Shown: one piece after another, positions 1-11,569 of the stretch
Layout of the letters: the number at the start of each line of letters is the position of its first letter
Position numbering within the stretch: position 1 is the stretch's first letter
NCBI GenBank assembly: GCA_963693365.1
Contig: CAVNZM010000015.1
Span: 4,781,502 to 4,845,501 of the forward strand
Length of the DNA: 64,000 bases
Direction: 5' to 3'
Source of the DNA: Amoebidium appalachense
Taxonomy: Eukaryota; Protista; Ichthyosporea
The notes under the pieces: model-generated
Told to the model about the DNA's origin: nothing
Databases searched by the model: none
What the model saw: only the letters and a program-made list of their open reading frames with translations
Position numbers and translations under genes: made by a program

Positions 1-1120
1 CTCATGCGCATGCACCTGACACACACGGACGAAGAGAACAAGGAGCCCAAGCGCCTTCGCACGTACTTTGCTGTGGGTGTCTTATGTGTTGGGCAAGCGC
101 AACGCAAAGTGGTTTATCGCGCCGCTCCAGTACACCATGTTGGTGGGCGGCAGCATCGCCTATCTCATTGCTGCGGGGCCCCATCAGCAGTCTTTACGTT
201 GGCAATTGTGGAACAGACTGTACCACCGTCAAGCAGCTCGTGTGGACTAGCGCCGTTGCGGGGCTTCAACTCTTTCTCTGCTTCTTCCCTTCGCTGGAGA
301 GTGTGTCGGCCATTTCGATGATTGCTGCCGCTGCAAGCATCGGCTACTGTGTCATCACCGTGTCTCTGTGCTTCTACCTTGGCCAACAGCCCGGTGTCAT
401 GTACGGGCCGGTGGAGGGCAGCACCACGGACAACGTCTATAACTTCTTCACAGGCATTTCAACCATTGCTTTTGCCTTCAGTGTGCACACGATTCTGCCC
501 GAAATCCAGGCCACCATGGCACCCAAGCCATGCCCCAAGCGTGAAAGCATCAAGGGTCTCAGTGTTTCGTGGTGCTTTGTTTTGGGTTTGTAATTTTGCA
601 GCGCCGTGTCCGGATACTGGGCGTTTGGGCAGACGGTCCAGAGCAACATTTTGATGAGCATTCAGGCGGCAGATGCAAGCAGCGGGTGAGTGTGGCCGTG
701 ACGATAGCCGAGGTGTTGGTGGTGCTGCACGTGGTGATTGCCTACCAGGTGCTATCTATGCCCGTCTATGCCGCAATGCAGCGCCAGGCAGTTAGACACA
801 TTTCATTCTTCCCCGCAAAGAACACACTTGCTACCGTTCCCCTCCGCTTCATCTACATTCTGTTCACGTGGATCGTGGCCATTGCAATTCCATTCTTCGG
901 TGATATCATGTCACTTTGTGGTGCATTTGGCATTATACCACTTTCGTTTGTTCCCCCCTGCATCATGTATCTGCGCTACAAGCGGGGCACAGCAGGCACA
1001 GGCACCAAGGTGGTGTGCTGGTCCATTGCTACGGTCGGTGTGTTTGTCGGTGTGGCCGGTATCATTGCATCGGTGAGACAAATTATCGTCGACGCTGATA
1101 ATTTACAGGTATTTGCATAG
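1..1120 (+). pseudogene. Amino-acid transporter (AAAP/LHT-like) copy 1; 5' part outside window, disrupted
   Basis: Aligns by eye along its length to intact copies 2 and 3. Lesions: +1 T near 82, a net 2-nt loss near 179-182, TAC>TAA nonsense at 591-593 and -1 G near 684-686. Ends at the homologous stop (QVFA*, 1118-1120). The nonsense substitution is not a homopolymer-type error. Confidence 0.85.
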
Positions 1121-1674
1121 ACATTTAAATGCTTTCTGTTCCTTATATATAATTTTTTTCGGATACTGCCTCAGAAGCACAACATCAATATTTTGTGCTT
1201 TTAAAAAAGCACTAGAAATGGATTGTTAAGAACATATGGCGGTACATAACTCGAGACTGATAGTCATATACATACATACAGGTCGGCGTACTGCGTAATA
1301 TCATGCTAGAGTGTGCTTGTACATAGTATTACACTAGCTGCAGCGTTGCCGACTAATACAAAGTTTTTGATTATAAAAGACACAGAATTTCAAGTAAACT
1401 CTAACAAATCATATGAAAACAGCTCGGGCGTCGTACTTGAAAAATAACTTTAGTACAGCAACGAGAACTCTTCAATCCATGCTCGTAGTACAGAGCCTGC
1501 ATGAGGGCCTGGTAAATGCTGAAATCATTTGTAATGCGGCGGGTTTTGATTGTGTAGTTCTAGAGAGTAGAATGTGTATGTGTGTTTGTGTGTGTTTGTG
1601 TTTGTGTGTGTGTGTCATGATGTGTGCGTGTGTTTGTGTGTGTTTGTGTGTACATGTGTGTGTGTCCGTGTGTG

Positions 1675-1731
<57 letters not shown>

Positions 1732-1920
1732 TGTGTGTATGCCACGTGTGTCACAGTGTGTGTGTGTGTATGTGTGTATGTGTGTGTGTGTGTGTTTGTG
1801 TGGTAAAAACATAAATGCCGTCCGGAGCGATAATGGTGTTTCAACAGAGTTAACGGTAACCACCTACTTGTGCACACTATGCCTCACTTGTTTGATTCCC
1901 CCGGGGAGGAGGTGGAGAAA

Positions 1921-1956
<36 letters not shown>

Positions 1957-2339
1957 CTGGGCTGTAATTTAGTAAGGACCTACAGCGTGGCCATAGTACA
2001 TATGTTCCTCGGTAGACATAGACATAAACGAAGAGGTAAAACACTCATAAGGGGTGTGAAGAAGGCACAGCAGGCACAGTATTTATAGAACTCTTTGGCC
2101 TGGTCAATTATTATGTACTTATGGGTGGGTATATATCATCATGATTTGCTATTAAACTTTTTTAGCAACACACAAAACATTTTTTGGGGGAGGGGGTCAG
2201 CGGGGGTTTTTCGGGGAGTTTTGTTTGTTTGATATGTGCCTTTCCCCCCCCCCCCCCCCCCCCCCCAAAAAAAAACATATAACATATATTTGCTATAAAT
2301 ATATATCTCCTTATTCGGGGGGGGGGGGGGGGGGGGGAG

Positions 2340-2373
<34 letters not shown>

Positions 2374-2755
2374 CGGTGTACGTACACGCGTTAGGGTCGA
2401 AGGAAGCTGAGGGAATGAAATTACAAGTTTTTACTTAGGATATGGCCACGAAGAAGAAAACCCCTGGGGGGAGGGGGGAAGGGGGGGGGTGGGGGGGGGG
2501 GGGGGGGGGGGTGGGGGTGGGGGGGAGGTAACTTGAGAGACGAACTCTAATACTATACGAAGGAGACTCTGCGCTGGGCTCTAGACCACAGATTCAAAAA
2601 GCACTCACTTGCTGCTATACGATGCAATTGATTGGGAAAGTGTAAAACGTCTACATGTACAAACACAAATACGGGCACACGGACATGCGCAAACTACACA
2701 CCCACACTCCCTCTTCCTCCCTCCCTAGGCCTCCGTTCCCTGCCTCTCTCGCTCA

Positions 2756-2866
<111 letters not shown>

Positions 2867-3314
2867 CCCGAGTCTCTCTCTCTCGTTCTCCCTCCCTTCC
2901 TCCCTCCCTCTATCTCTTTCTCTCCCTCCCTCCCTCCCTCCCTCCCTCCCTCCCTCCCTCCCTCCCTTCCTCCCTCCCTCCCTCCCTCCCTACCTCCCCC
3001 CCGCCCCTCTCCCCCCCCCCCCCCCTCTCTCTCGCTCTCTCTCTCTTTCTCTCTCTCTCTTCTCCCAGTCTCTCTCCGGATCATCCCCCCCCCCCACACA
3101 CACACCTCTTGCCCTCCAGCCCCTCCCCTCTCCCCTCCCTCTCTCTCTCTGCATCCTCTCCCCCCCTCCTTCCCCCCCCCGGCGCCCAACCCTCCAACCC
3201 TTCCATTTTACGGAGCACAGCACGGCTCCTGGCCAGAACATCTCAACAACTTTTGTTTGCCCTCCCTCCTCCGCCCCTTCTCCCCCCCCCGACAGACATC
3301 TACAACCATAAACG

Positions 3315-3630
3315 CGCGTACACACACACGTGTACACGAAAACACGCACAGATGTACACAGGACACACACAAAAAAAAAAAGCACAAGCACCGCACGTAC
3401 ACACGGCGTCGAACGCACGTACAGTGTCACACATACACACACACACACAGACACACACACAGGCACGCACACACACACACGCACACACACACACACACAC
3501 AGACACACACACACATTCGCGTACACACACACGTGTACACGAAAACACGCACAGATGTACACAGTACACACACAAAAAAAAGCACAAGCACCGCACGCAC
3601 ACACGGCGTCGAACGCACGTACAGTGTCAC

Positions 3631-3661
<31 letters not shown>

Positions 3662-3715
3662 CACGCACGCACACACACACGCACACACACACACAGACAC
3701 ACACACACACACACA
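3315..3715. repeat. Tandem duplication, ~200-bp period, embedded in CA microsatellite
   Basis: CGCGTACACACACACGTGTACACGAAAACACGCACAGATGTACACAG...CGGCGTCGAACGCACGTACAGTGTCACACATAC occurs at ~3315 and again at ~3518. Confidence 0.85.
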
Positions 3716-3778
3716 TGACGCGTCACAGACACATGTGCACGCACGCACGCACACACACGCTCGTACACATACAAGCAC

Positions 3779-3988
<210 letters not shown>

Positions 3989-4923
3989 TCTACCACTGTG
4001 GAACATTCAAGCGGCGCCTCCGCCCCTCACATTCACTCAGTCAGCAGCTATTAGTTGCCGTCACCAAACCCCACAAAGCTACATCATAATTATAACCCTT
4101 GTCCGTGGCCGGATCCTGAGCGCCAGGCCTAGGTTGCACACATGCAGGAATACTACAATGCTAAATGTTATGGGTTATGTCACGCGCCCGAACGTTAGGG
4201 GCCGAGGACCCGAGCTTCAGTGGTCGGGTTTGTTTACGTATCCGATAGCTATCCGATATCTGTGACTGATTATTTGTGTCGACGTTCTTGTCGACGTCAG
4301 CAACTGGGCTACATAGAGATCTATTTCAGGAAGCACAGGAATTCGAATCATGGGCTATGAGCACGAAAATAAGAAATGCGAAAATACTTAGGACTCCTCA
4401 AATCCCCAAATGCGCCCAAACGTATAAATCCATTGATTTTCAGCCCGTGGCTCTGAAAGGGGCGAAGTGGAATAACACAAGAAAACACACGGATAATGTT
4501 ACTAATAGTGGGGTCGTCTAGGCTACCACTAACTAGGCAGGACTCCTACCAGGGCCTGGGCGAGGCCACTCCGATGATTAAAAGCAAAATTGCACACCCT
4601 GTCCACTGACTCCACTCTCCTTTTTTGTTAAATATGCTCTCCAATCAGTGATCTTCGCTTTTTTCATTGGCAGAAATCGTTACTCGATAGTCGATCATGA
4701 TTAGTCCGCTTTGTTTGTGTACTGCACTGTTAGGCTATGTTTCGATAGTTATAGTCACATGTCCAAAACTTACTATCGCAGAGGGAAAAAACTTTTCCGT
4801 AAAACACTTTGGAAAATAATCTTCCAGGTGAAATGCAGCAAGTTGGTATACATACAGCAAGACTATGATTTCAAGGGTTCTGGGTACTTTCGTAAGCTGG
4901 ACAATTCTGAAGATGAACGTGAA

Positions 4924-5227
4924 TGACGTCACTCGAGCCGGCGGCGGCCGGCCCGGCGGCGGCTCAGACCTACCTACCAGGCTGGGCACGGAACTTCGGC
5001 TCTGAAGCCTCAATGCTCATCCGCGGCTATGGTTTTTCCCCCCCTCCGAAAAAAGTAAATACCCGCATAAATATATAACCTTTAAATGTAGGGATACCTT
5101 TTCAAAACATCACATTCATCGCTGCGCTTGCTCGAAAAAACATGAGCAGATGATTGGCGTTCCCACGAACAGAAGTGCGGTTCTGATTGTTCATTGGTCA
5201 ATGCGCCTACCCCGCCCAATGTATAAT
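4924..5227 (+). promoter_or_regulatory. Putative promoter of transporter copy 2 (CRE plus CCAAT boxes)
   Basis: TGACGTCA at 4924-4931, ATTGG at 5153 and 5193, CCAAT at 5216 and TATAAT at 5222, lying 280-580 nt upstream of the ATG. Motif matches only. Confidence 0.4.
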
Positions 5228-5501
5228 CAATAAACGTCGCAGCAGCATCGGCACTACACACAACAGAGCTCGGCGCCTGTGAAAGCAGTAGCGATTTTTC
5301 AGAAGGAAAGTTTTCGTTCTCGGAAGATATACACATACATCTGATCGGGGAAAAAACGAATATACATTGATTTGTTCATTCTATCAAGTCTACAGCAAAA
5401 TTATAATTAATAATCATCATTATATGAAGTCAACATTTGCTGCAGCTACAAGCAACTGAATTCGAAACCAACGCAACCGGTATATCGGTTGCGTTAACCA
5501 T

Positions 5502-6983
5502 ATGGCCATGGCTGCTCAAGACTCAGACTGTACCCAACAGGCAGCCTTTGGGCTCACCACCATAGATATTTCGGAGGCCCCGTCCAAAACAACTACAGAG
5601 GCAAAGGAAATAAAACAACACAGCAACCACAACCCCATCGCAGAAAATGATAATGAGGCGGCCATTGCCGAGGAACCAACGATGATTTTGGACCCGCACC
5701 CACACGGGCGGTGGTACAACGCTGGCTTCCACATCACAACCGTTATCGTGGGAACCGGTGTTTTGGGCCTGCCGCGCGCTATCGCCCAACTTACGTGGAT
5801 TCCGGGTCTTATTGCACTTGCTTTGGCCTATGTTGTCAGCTATTACACTGCCGCCCTACTCATGCGCATGCACCTGACACACACGGACGAAGAGAACAAG
5901 GAGCCAAAACGTCTTCGCACGTACTTTGCTGTGGGCGTAAATGTGCTCGGCAAGCGCAACGCAAAGTGGTTTATTGCGCCGTTCCAATACACCGTGTTGG
6001 TGGGCACAAGCATTGCCTATCTCATTGCTGCAGGGGAGAATATCAACAGCCTTTACGTGGGCCGGTGTGGAACAGACTGTACCACCGTCAAGCAGCTGGT
6101 GTGGACTAGCGCCGTGGCGGGGCTTCAACTCTTTCTCTGCTTCTTCCCTTCGCTGGAGAGTGTGTCGGCCATTTCGATGATTGCTGCCGCTGCAAGCATC
6201 GGCTACTCTGTCATCAGTGTGTCTCTGTGCTTTTACCTTGGCGAACAGCCCAGCACTGTGTACGGGCCAGTAAAGGGCAGCAGCACAGTCGACAAGATCT
6301 TCAACTTCTTCACTGGCATCTCAACCATTGCTTTTGCCTTCGGTGTGAACATGATTCTCCCCGAAATCCAGGCCACGCTGGCACCCAAGCCCTGCCCCAA
6401 GCGCGAAGGCATTAAAGGTCTCAGTGTTGCATGGTGCTTTGTTTTAGTTTTGTACTTTTGCAGCGCTGTGGCCGGGTACTGGGCCTTTGGGCAGACGGTG
6501 CAGGGAAACATTCTCATGAGCATTGAGGCGGCCAATACAAGCAGAGGTGTGGATGTGGCCGTATCGTTTGCCGAGTTGTTGGTGGTGCTGCACGTGGTGA
6601 TTGCCTACCAGGTGTTGTCTATGCCCGTCTATGCCGCAATGCAGCGCCAGGCAGTGAGACATCTTTCGTTCTTCCCTGCAAACAGCACGCTGGCCACCGT
6701 GCCTCTCCGTTTCACCTACATTCTGTTCACGTGGTTCGTGGCCACTGCGATTCCATTCTTCGGTGACATCATGTCTCTTTTTGGTGCGCTCGGCATCACC
6801 CCACTTACGTTTGTGCTCCCCTGCATCATGTGTCTGCGCTACAAGCAGGACACAGCAGGCACGGGCACCAAGGTGGTGTGCTGGTCCATTGCTACGGTCG
6901 GTGTGTTTGTCGGTGTGGCTGGTACCATTGCATCCATAAGACAAATCATTGTCGACGCCAATACGTTCGAGGTATTCGCGTAG
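5502..6983 (+). CDS. Amino-acid transporter, AAAP (Aa_trans) family, lysine/histidine-transporter-like; intronless, 493 aa (copy 2)
   Basis: Motifs WYNAGFHITTVIVGTGVLGLPRAIAQLTWIPG, IAFAFG..ILPEIQAT, GYWAFG and IPFFGDIMSLFGA, with about 11 hydrophobic segments. Confidence 0.93.
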   Translation: MAMAAQDSDCTQQAAFGLTTIDISEAPSKTTTEAKEIKQHSNHNPIAENDNEAAIAEEPTMILDPHPHGRWYNAGFHITTVIVGTGVLGLPRAIAQLTWIPGLIALALAYVVSYYTAALLMRMHLTHTDEENKEPKRLRTYFAVGVNVLGKRNAKWFIAPFQYTVLVGTSIAYLIAAGENINSLYVGRCGTDCTTVKQLVWTSAVAGLQLFLCFFPSLESVSAISMIAAAASIGYSVISVSLCFYLGEQPSTVYGPVKGSSTVDKIFNFFTGISTIAFAFGVNMILPEIQATLAPKPCPKREGIKGLSVAWCFVLVLYFCSAVAGYWAFGQTVQGNILMSIEAANTSRGVDVAVSFAELLVVLHVVIAYQVLSMPVYAAMQRQAVRHLSFFPANSTLATVPLRFTYILFTWFVATAIPFFGDIMSLFGALGITPLTFVLPCIMCLRYKQDTAGTGTKVVCWSIATVGVFVGVAGTIASIRQIIVDANTFEVFA

Positions 6984-7566
6984 GCGTGGAGGTTACTTTG
7001 TATCATGATCTATGCTCACACCAGTGTGTTGTGTTGTTAAAGTTTTAACTTGCCCGGGATATATCGTCTCAATACTTAGTCAATCGTCCCGCAAGGTTTT
7101 GGCTTCACATAATTGTAAAATAACCATCACAATGTTTGGGTTTTTATTTTTATTTTTTTAATTAAAAAAAACAGCATGATGGTTTGTTCATAATTTCATA
7201 ATGTACACATGTAAAGTTTAGGCATCTGGATATTTCTAGTGTAAGATTTTGGATATTAGTGAAATTCACGTTATATGAGTCAAAAATCGTAGTCTCGGCT
7301 GACCTGAATATGTAAAAAAAATAAACTTGCCGAGTTCTGAATGTATACTATGCACTTGTCCCAAACGAAGTACAAAAGCACAGCTGCGGCTGCACAAACC
7401 TCATAGGCCACAATAATAAATCGTTTTGAAAATTTGAAACGTATCAAAGGTGCCGAGGAAGCCTAGGTGGCATCCGATTGATCAGGTTTATAATCTGCTC
7501 AACTTAAACTGATTTAAGGGAAACCATATGTTGATAACTTAAGTCGGGGGGGGGAGGGGGGGGGGG

Positions 7567-7632
7567 GAGCGATTTAAGGCGTTTGATATTTTAATCCATT
7601 TTGTCCCCGCAGGAGCCCTTGGGGGTTCGACA
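7567..7632 (+). other. Possible degenerate tRNA-Ser-like sequence (pseudo-tRNA or SINE head)
   Basis: GAGCGATTTAAGGCGTTTGA...AATCCATTTTGTCCCCGCAGG...GGTTCGA resembles the D-arm, anticodon 3' side, variable arm and B-box of eukaryotic tRNA-Ser. No intact cloverleaf. Confidence 0.25.
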
Positions 7633-7978
7633 TAGAGCATAGGAACAATGTCTTCCACACACCGACACCGACCTTTAGAAACAGTCGTATACTACGTATA
7701 CTACTTAGCACACATGTAACCCAGCGTTTTTTGCTCCAGCCTCGCTAGTTAGAAGTATGCTTATCATTATAGTCAAAATGCAAGATCTGCCTGCACACTC
7801 TCGTAACGCCTTTGACAATGTGTGAGAATCATGTTGAAGTATGAGCCAAGTGCCAGGATGCACACACGCACGGCCATGCACCCTTATGTGAACACACCAT
7901 GTCTGTGTGTTGGTTATGAATACATCTTGGCATATGTCAGTATACCGTAGTAGTAGTACGGGCAGTATGGCATGTGTA

Positions 7979-8067
<89 letters not shown>

Positions 8068-8118
8068 TGTGCGCGCGCGCGCGCGCGCGTGTGTGTGTGT
8101 GTGTATGTGTGCGTGTGC

Positions 8119-8163
<45 letters not shown>

Positions 8164-8588
8164 TGTGTGTGTGTCACGTGTGTGTGTGTATGTGTGTGTG
8201 TGTGACAGTGTGTGTGTGTGGGGGGGGGGGGTGCTTGTGTGTGCGCGCGCGTGTATGCACGTGTGTGTGTGTCTGTGTGTGTATGTGTGTTTGTGTGTCT
8301 CTCTCTCTGTGTGTGTGTGTGTATGTGTGCGTGTGTGTCTGTGTGTGTGTGTGTCAATCTACTTGTGTGGGTGGCAACATATAGGTATCAAACTGCAACT
8401 TAGAGATTGCACTCCCTGATGCGTATCATCAGGTTTTACAGGTTGAGCTTATGATAGTGCACGTGCGCACGCACACTCGTGCTGAAATTTTTGATCATAA
8501 TTACCACTGTATGGTTGTGTGTGGTTGTGTTTGTTGAACTATCTAGGAAGAGAGGGGGGTGGGGGGGCGGGGAAGCCTTGAGACAGAG

Positions 8589-8677
<89 letters not shown>

Positions 8678-8886
8678 AGGGAGGGAGGGAGGGAGGGAGG
8701 GAGGGAGGGAGGGAGGGAGGGAGAGAAGGAGGATGGGAGGGAGGGAGGGAGGGAGGGAGGGAGGGAGGGGAATAGGGAGAGAGAGAGAGGCTGAGGCAAG
8801 GGAGGGGGGCTCGGAGAAGCCAGCGAGACAGACACACACACGCACACACACACACACACACACACTGGCGCGCGCACACACACCGA

Positions 8887-8923
<37 letters not shown>

Positions 8924-8936
8924 ACACACAGACACA

Positions 8937-8987
<51 letters not shown>

Positions 8988-9190
8988 TGTGTGTGTGTGC
9001 ATGTGTTTGTGGACGTGCACACAGGTTTTTGTTTTTATGTGGGGGGAAGGGGGGGGAGGGGGGAAGACAGGGGGTTTAGATTGTTTAAAAGGAAAAATGT
9101 GTAAGTGTGCGCACGCGCGTGTGTGTGGGTGTTTGTGTGTTTGTGTGGGTGTGGGTGTTTGTGTGTGTTTGTGTCACAGTGTGTATGTTG

Positions 9191-9227
<37 letters not shown>

Positions 9228-9731
9228 GCGTGCGTGCGTGCGTGCATGCGTGCTTGTGTGTGTGCGTGCATGCGTGCGTGTGTGTGTGTGTGTTTGTGTT
9301 TGTGTGTGTGTGTGTGTGTGTGTTTGTGTGTGCGCGCGTGTGTCTGTGTGCGTGCGCGTGGGTGTCGGTGGTGTGTGTATATGTGCGCGCGCGTGTGGCG
9401 GTGGTGTGTGTGTGTGTGTGTGTGTGTGTGTCTATGTGTATGCGTGTGTGTGACACTGTGTGTGTATGTATGTATGCGTGCGTGTGTGCGTGTGTGTTGT
9501 TGGTGTGTGGTATGTGTACTCGACACTAGTAAAAGCATCAAGGCTCCACACTTGTTTCTCTTCTCCTCTTTCCACCGTGACCCTTGCAGACGTTTTCGAC
9601 CTCCCTCCCTAAGCCGCCCATCCCCTTCCTACCATGCCCCGCTGGAAGCATATCACAGTTACGAGTTCGATTACGTTCAAAAATACACCTGTGTTCCCCA
9701 ACTGGTACTCTCTCCTGCTCGCTCCCCTCTC

Positions 9732-10496
9732 TGTTGGAGTACACTGGTACTCCCGGCTAGCAATGTCTGTTAGAGAAAGTTTCTGAGCAATTGAATAATT
9801 GTTTCAACACTCACTCGAGTGCATAGAGCTTTTGTTTACGGTCATATTCATATATGGTAGTTATATGTTTGAGCCGAAACTGTACCAATGACGAGCTTCA
9901 CTAGCAACGTGCTAATTGTGCTCATTAATTAATATTCCCGGTTCAGATGATGTCATGGCTATATTTGCCACAGGATTCTATTCTTAGAGTGGTAGTGTGC
10001 TTTATTCCCGGATATTCTCAGAATATTTTTAGTTGTGTGAAGTAAGATTTACGTTTAACTGCAATTGGTGTGTTAAACACGTTTATTTGTGTGCTTTAGT
10101 GCAAGTTAACTAGCCACTCAACGTGCACAGTTAACTTTTATATCTTTAACGACTTGTTTTCATTGTGCTCTCTTTTCGGCCATGCTGTACATGGCCCACC
10201 ACCAGGGTGCACACGAGGCCACCATGAGGTGGCCAACGACTATATAAAGCAGTGCCTCCCATGTCACAAACATGGGAAGCAGAACGTTTGATTTACACTT
10301 TTCTACTGTCGTTTTCAGTGCACAAAACACATAGACTAGTTACCCATCATACACGACACTATGTCTGACAACTTACAGTTGCAGCAACTAGTCCAACTAC
10401 TGGAGCAGAGGTTGGCCTCACAAGATGCAATCATTTCTGACTTACAGAAGGAACAACGTGCACTAGAACTAGCTTCTATGAACACAATGTCCAACA
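9732..10496 (+). repeat. 5' LTR of copia element
   Basis: TG...CA ends with terminal inverted repeat TGTTGGA/TCCAACA. TATATAAA at 10241-10248. Reads as identical to 14844-15608. Confidence 0.97.
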
Positions 10497-11569
10497 GGGT
10501 TATGGGCCCCTCACGTAATGATTCCATCAAGTTCAAGGTCGACATCCCTCTCTTCACTGGCATTGATAATGATTCAGGCACGGACTACCACACATGGGCC
10601 GAAACCATGTATGTCCAGCTTTCTGGTGCTGGTCTTCTCCACACCATCGCGCCCAGTACGGAGCACCCGGCTACCCGTGAACAGGTCGACACTGCCCGTT
10701 CCTACCTGTGGCAAGCACTCTCGGTTGACGTGCGTTGTATCCTAGGGTTAACACGCACCACCACACCTGCGGAGATATGGTCGGCCCTATCTGCCCACTA
10801 CCTGGAGCAATCTGAGGCCAATCAGTACGACCTTATCGGGCTGTACATGAATTCTACGCCTGAACCTACGGACACCGCGACGAAATACGCCATGAAGCTC
10901 CGCGGCTACGTGCGGCGCCTGGCCGATTACGGCACACAAATTGGTGATGCTCAAGTGCTGACCAAGCTCACCAACGACCTCGGCAAGGTGCCTTACTACG
11001 AAATGCCTGTCATTGCCTACAAGATGACACCCAAGCCTACCGTAATGGGCCTCCTCCAACAGCTACGGGCATATGAGACCAGCCACCCACGTGCACGTGT
11101 GACTACCAGCTCCGGGCCGGCCGCCTTCACCACACGGGCTCCTCAACCTGTCATCTGCCACGGCTGCGGCAAACCAGGCCACATCAAGTCTCAGTGCCCC
11201 AACGGCAACGGCCAACACAGCAACTCTGGCAACAACCGTGCCAGCACCTACCCCAAGGGTTCCTGCGTCAACCACCCACTGTCTACCAGTCACACTACCG
11301 CCATGTGCAAGGGGGGCAACCGTGCCAACGGCCGCAAACCTAAGGGTGGTCCCCTCCCGCCTGGGTCCTGCATCAACCACCCTGCCTCTACTACCCACAC
11401 TACGGCACAGTGCAAGGGGGGGCTGCCGCTCCCCGGGCTTTCCTCATGTCTAGCAACGACTGTGGCACCAACAAGGTGCTCCTCGACTCTGGAGCCACTG
11501 ACCATGTGTGCCCCCGGCCCGATGTGTTCGTCAACATGCGTGCGGCGCCTTACTCCACGGTCCAAGTAG
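10361..11569 (+). CDS. gag: Copia Gag (starts inside the 5' LTR)
   Basis: Gag-like core (FTG...DYHTW...M, TPAEIWSALSAHY), CCHC knuckle CHGCGKPGHIKSQC, then two CxxH-x5-H-x4-C repeats. Sequence after ~11422 in this frame is probably run-on past the frameshift point. Confidence 0.9.
   Translation: MSDNLQLQQLVQLLEQRLASQDAIISDLQKEQRALELASMNTMSNRVMGPSRNDSIKFKVDIPLFTGIDNDSGTDYHTWAETMYVQLSGAGLLHTIAPSTEHPATREQVDTARSYLWQALSVDVRCILGLTRTTTPAEIWSALSAHYLEQSEANQYDLIGLYMNSTPEPTDTATKYAMKLRGYVRRLADYGTQIGDAQVLTKLTNDLGKVPYYEMPVIAYKMTPKPTVMGLLQQLRAYETSHPRARVTTSSGPAAFTTRAPQPVICHGCGKPGHIKSQCPNGNGQHSNSGNNRASTYPKGSCVNHPLSTSHTTAMCKGGNRANGRKPKGGPLPPGSCINHPASTTHTTAQCKGGLPLPGLSSCLATTVAPTRCSSTLEPLTMCAPGPMCSSTCVRRLTPRSK
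10498..10509 (+). promoter_or_regulatory. Primer-binding site, internal-fragment tRNA-iMet type
   Basis: GGTTATGGGCCC one base after the LTR end. This matches the Drosophila copia-type PBS, which is complementary to the anticodon-arm region of initiator tRNA-Met. Confidence 0.85.

Noticed and set aside
9701-9710. ACTGGTACTC just upstream of the LTR, matching LTR positions 9743-9752
   Set aside because: A single 10-nt match outside the TSD, compatible with chance.
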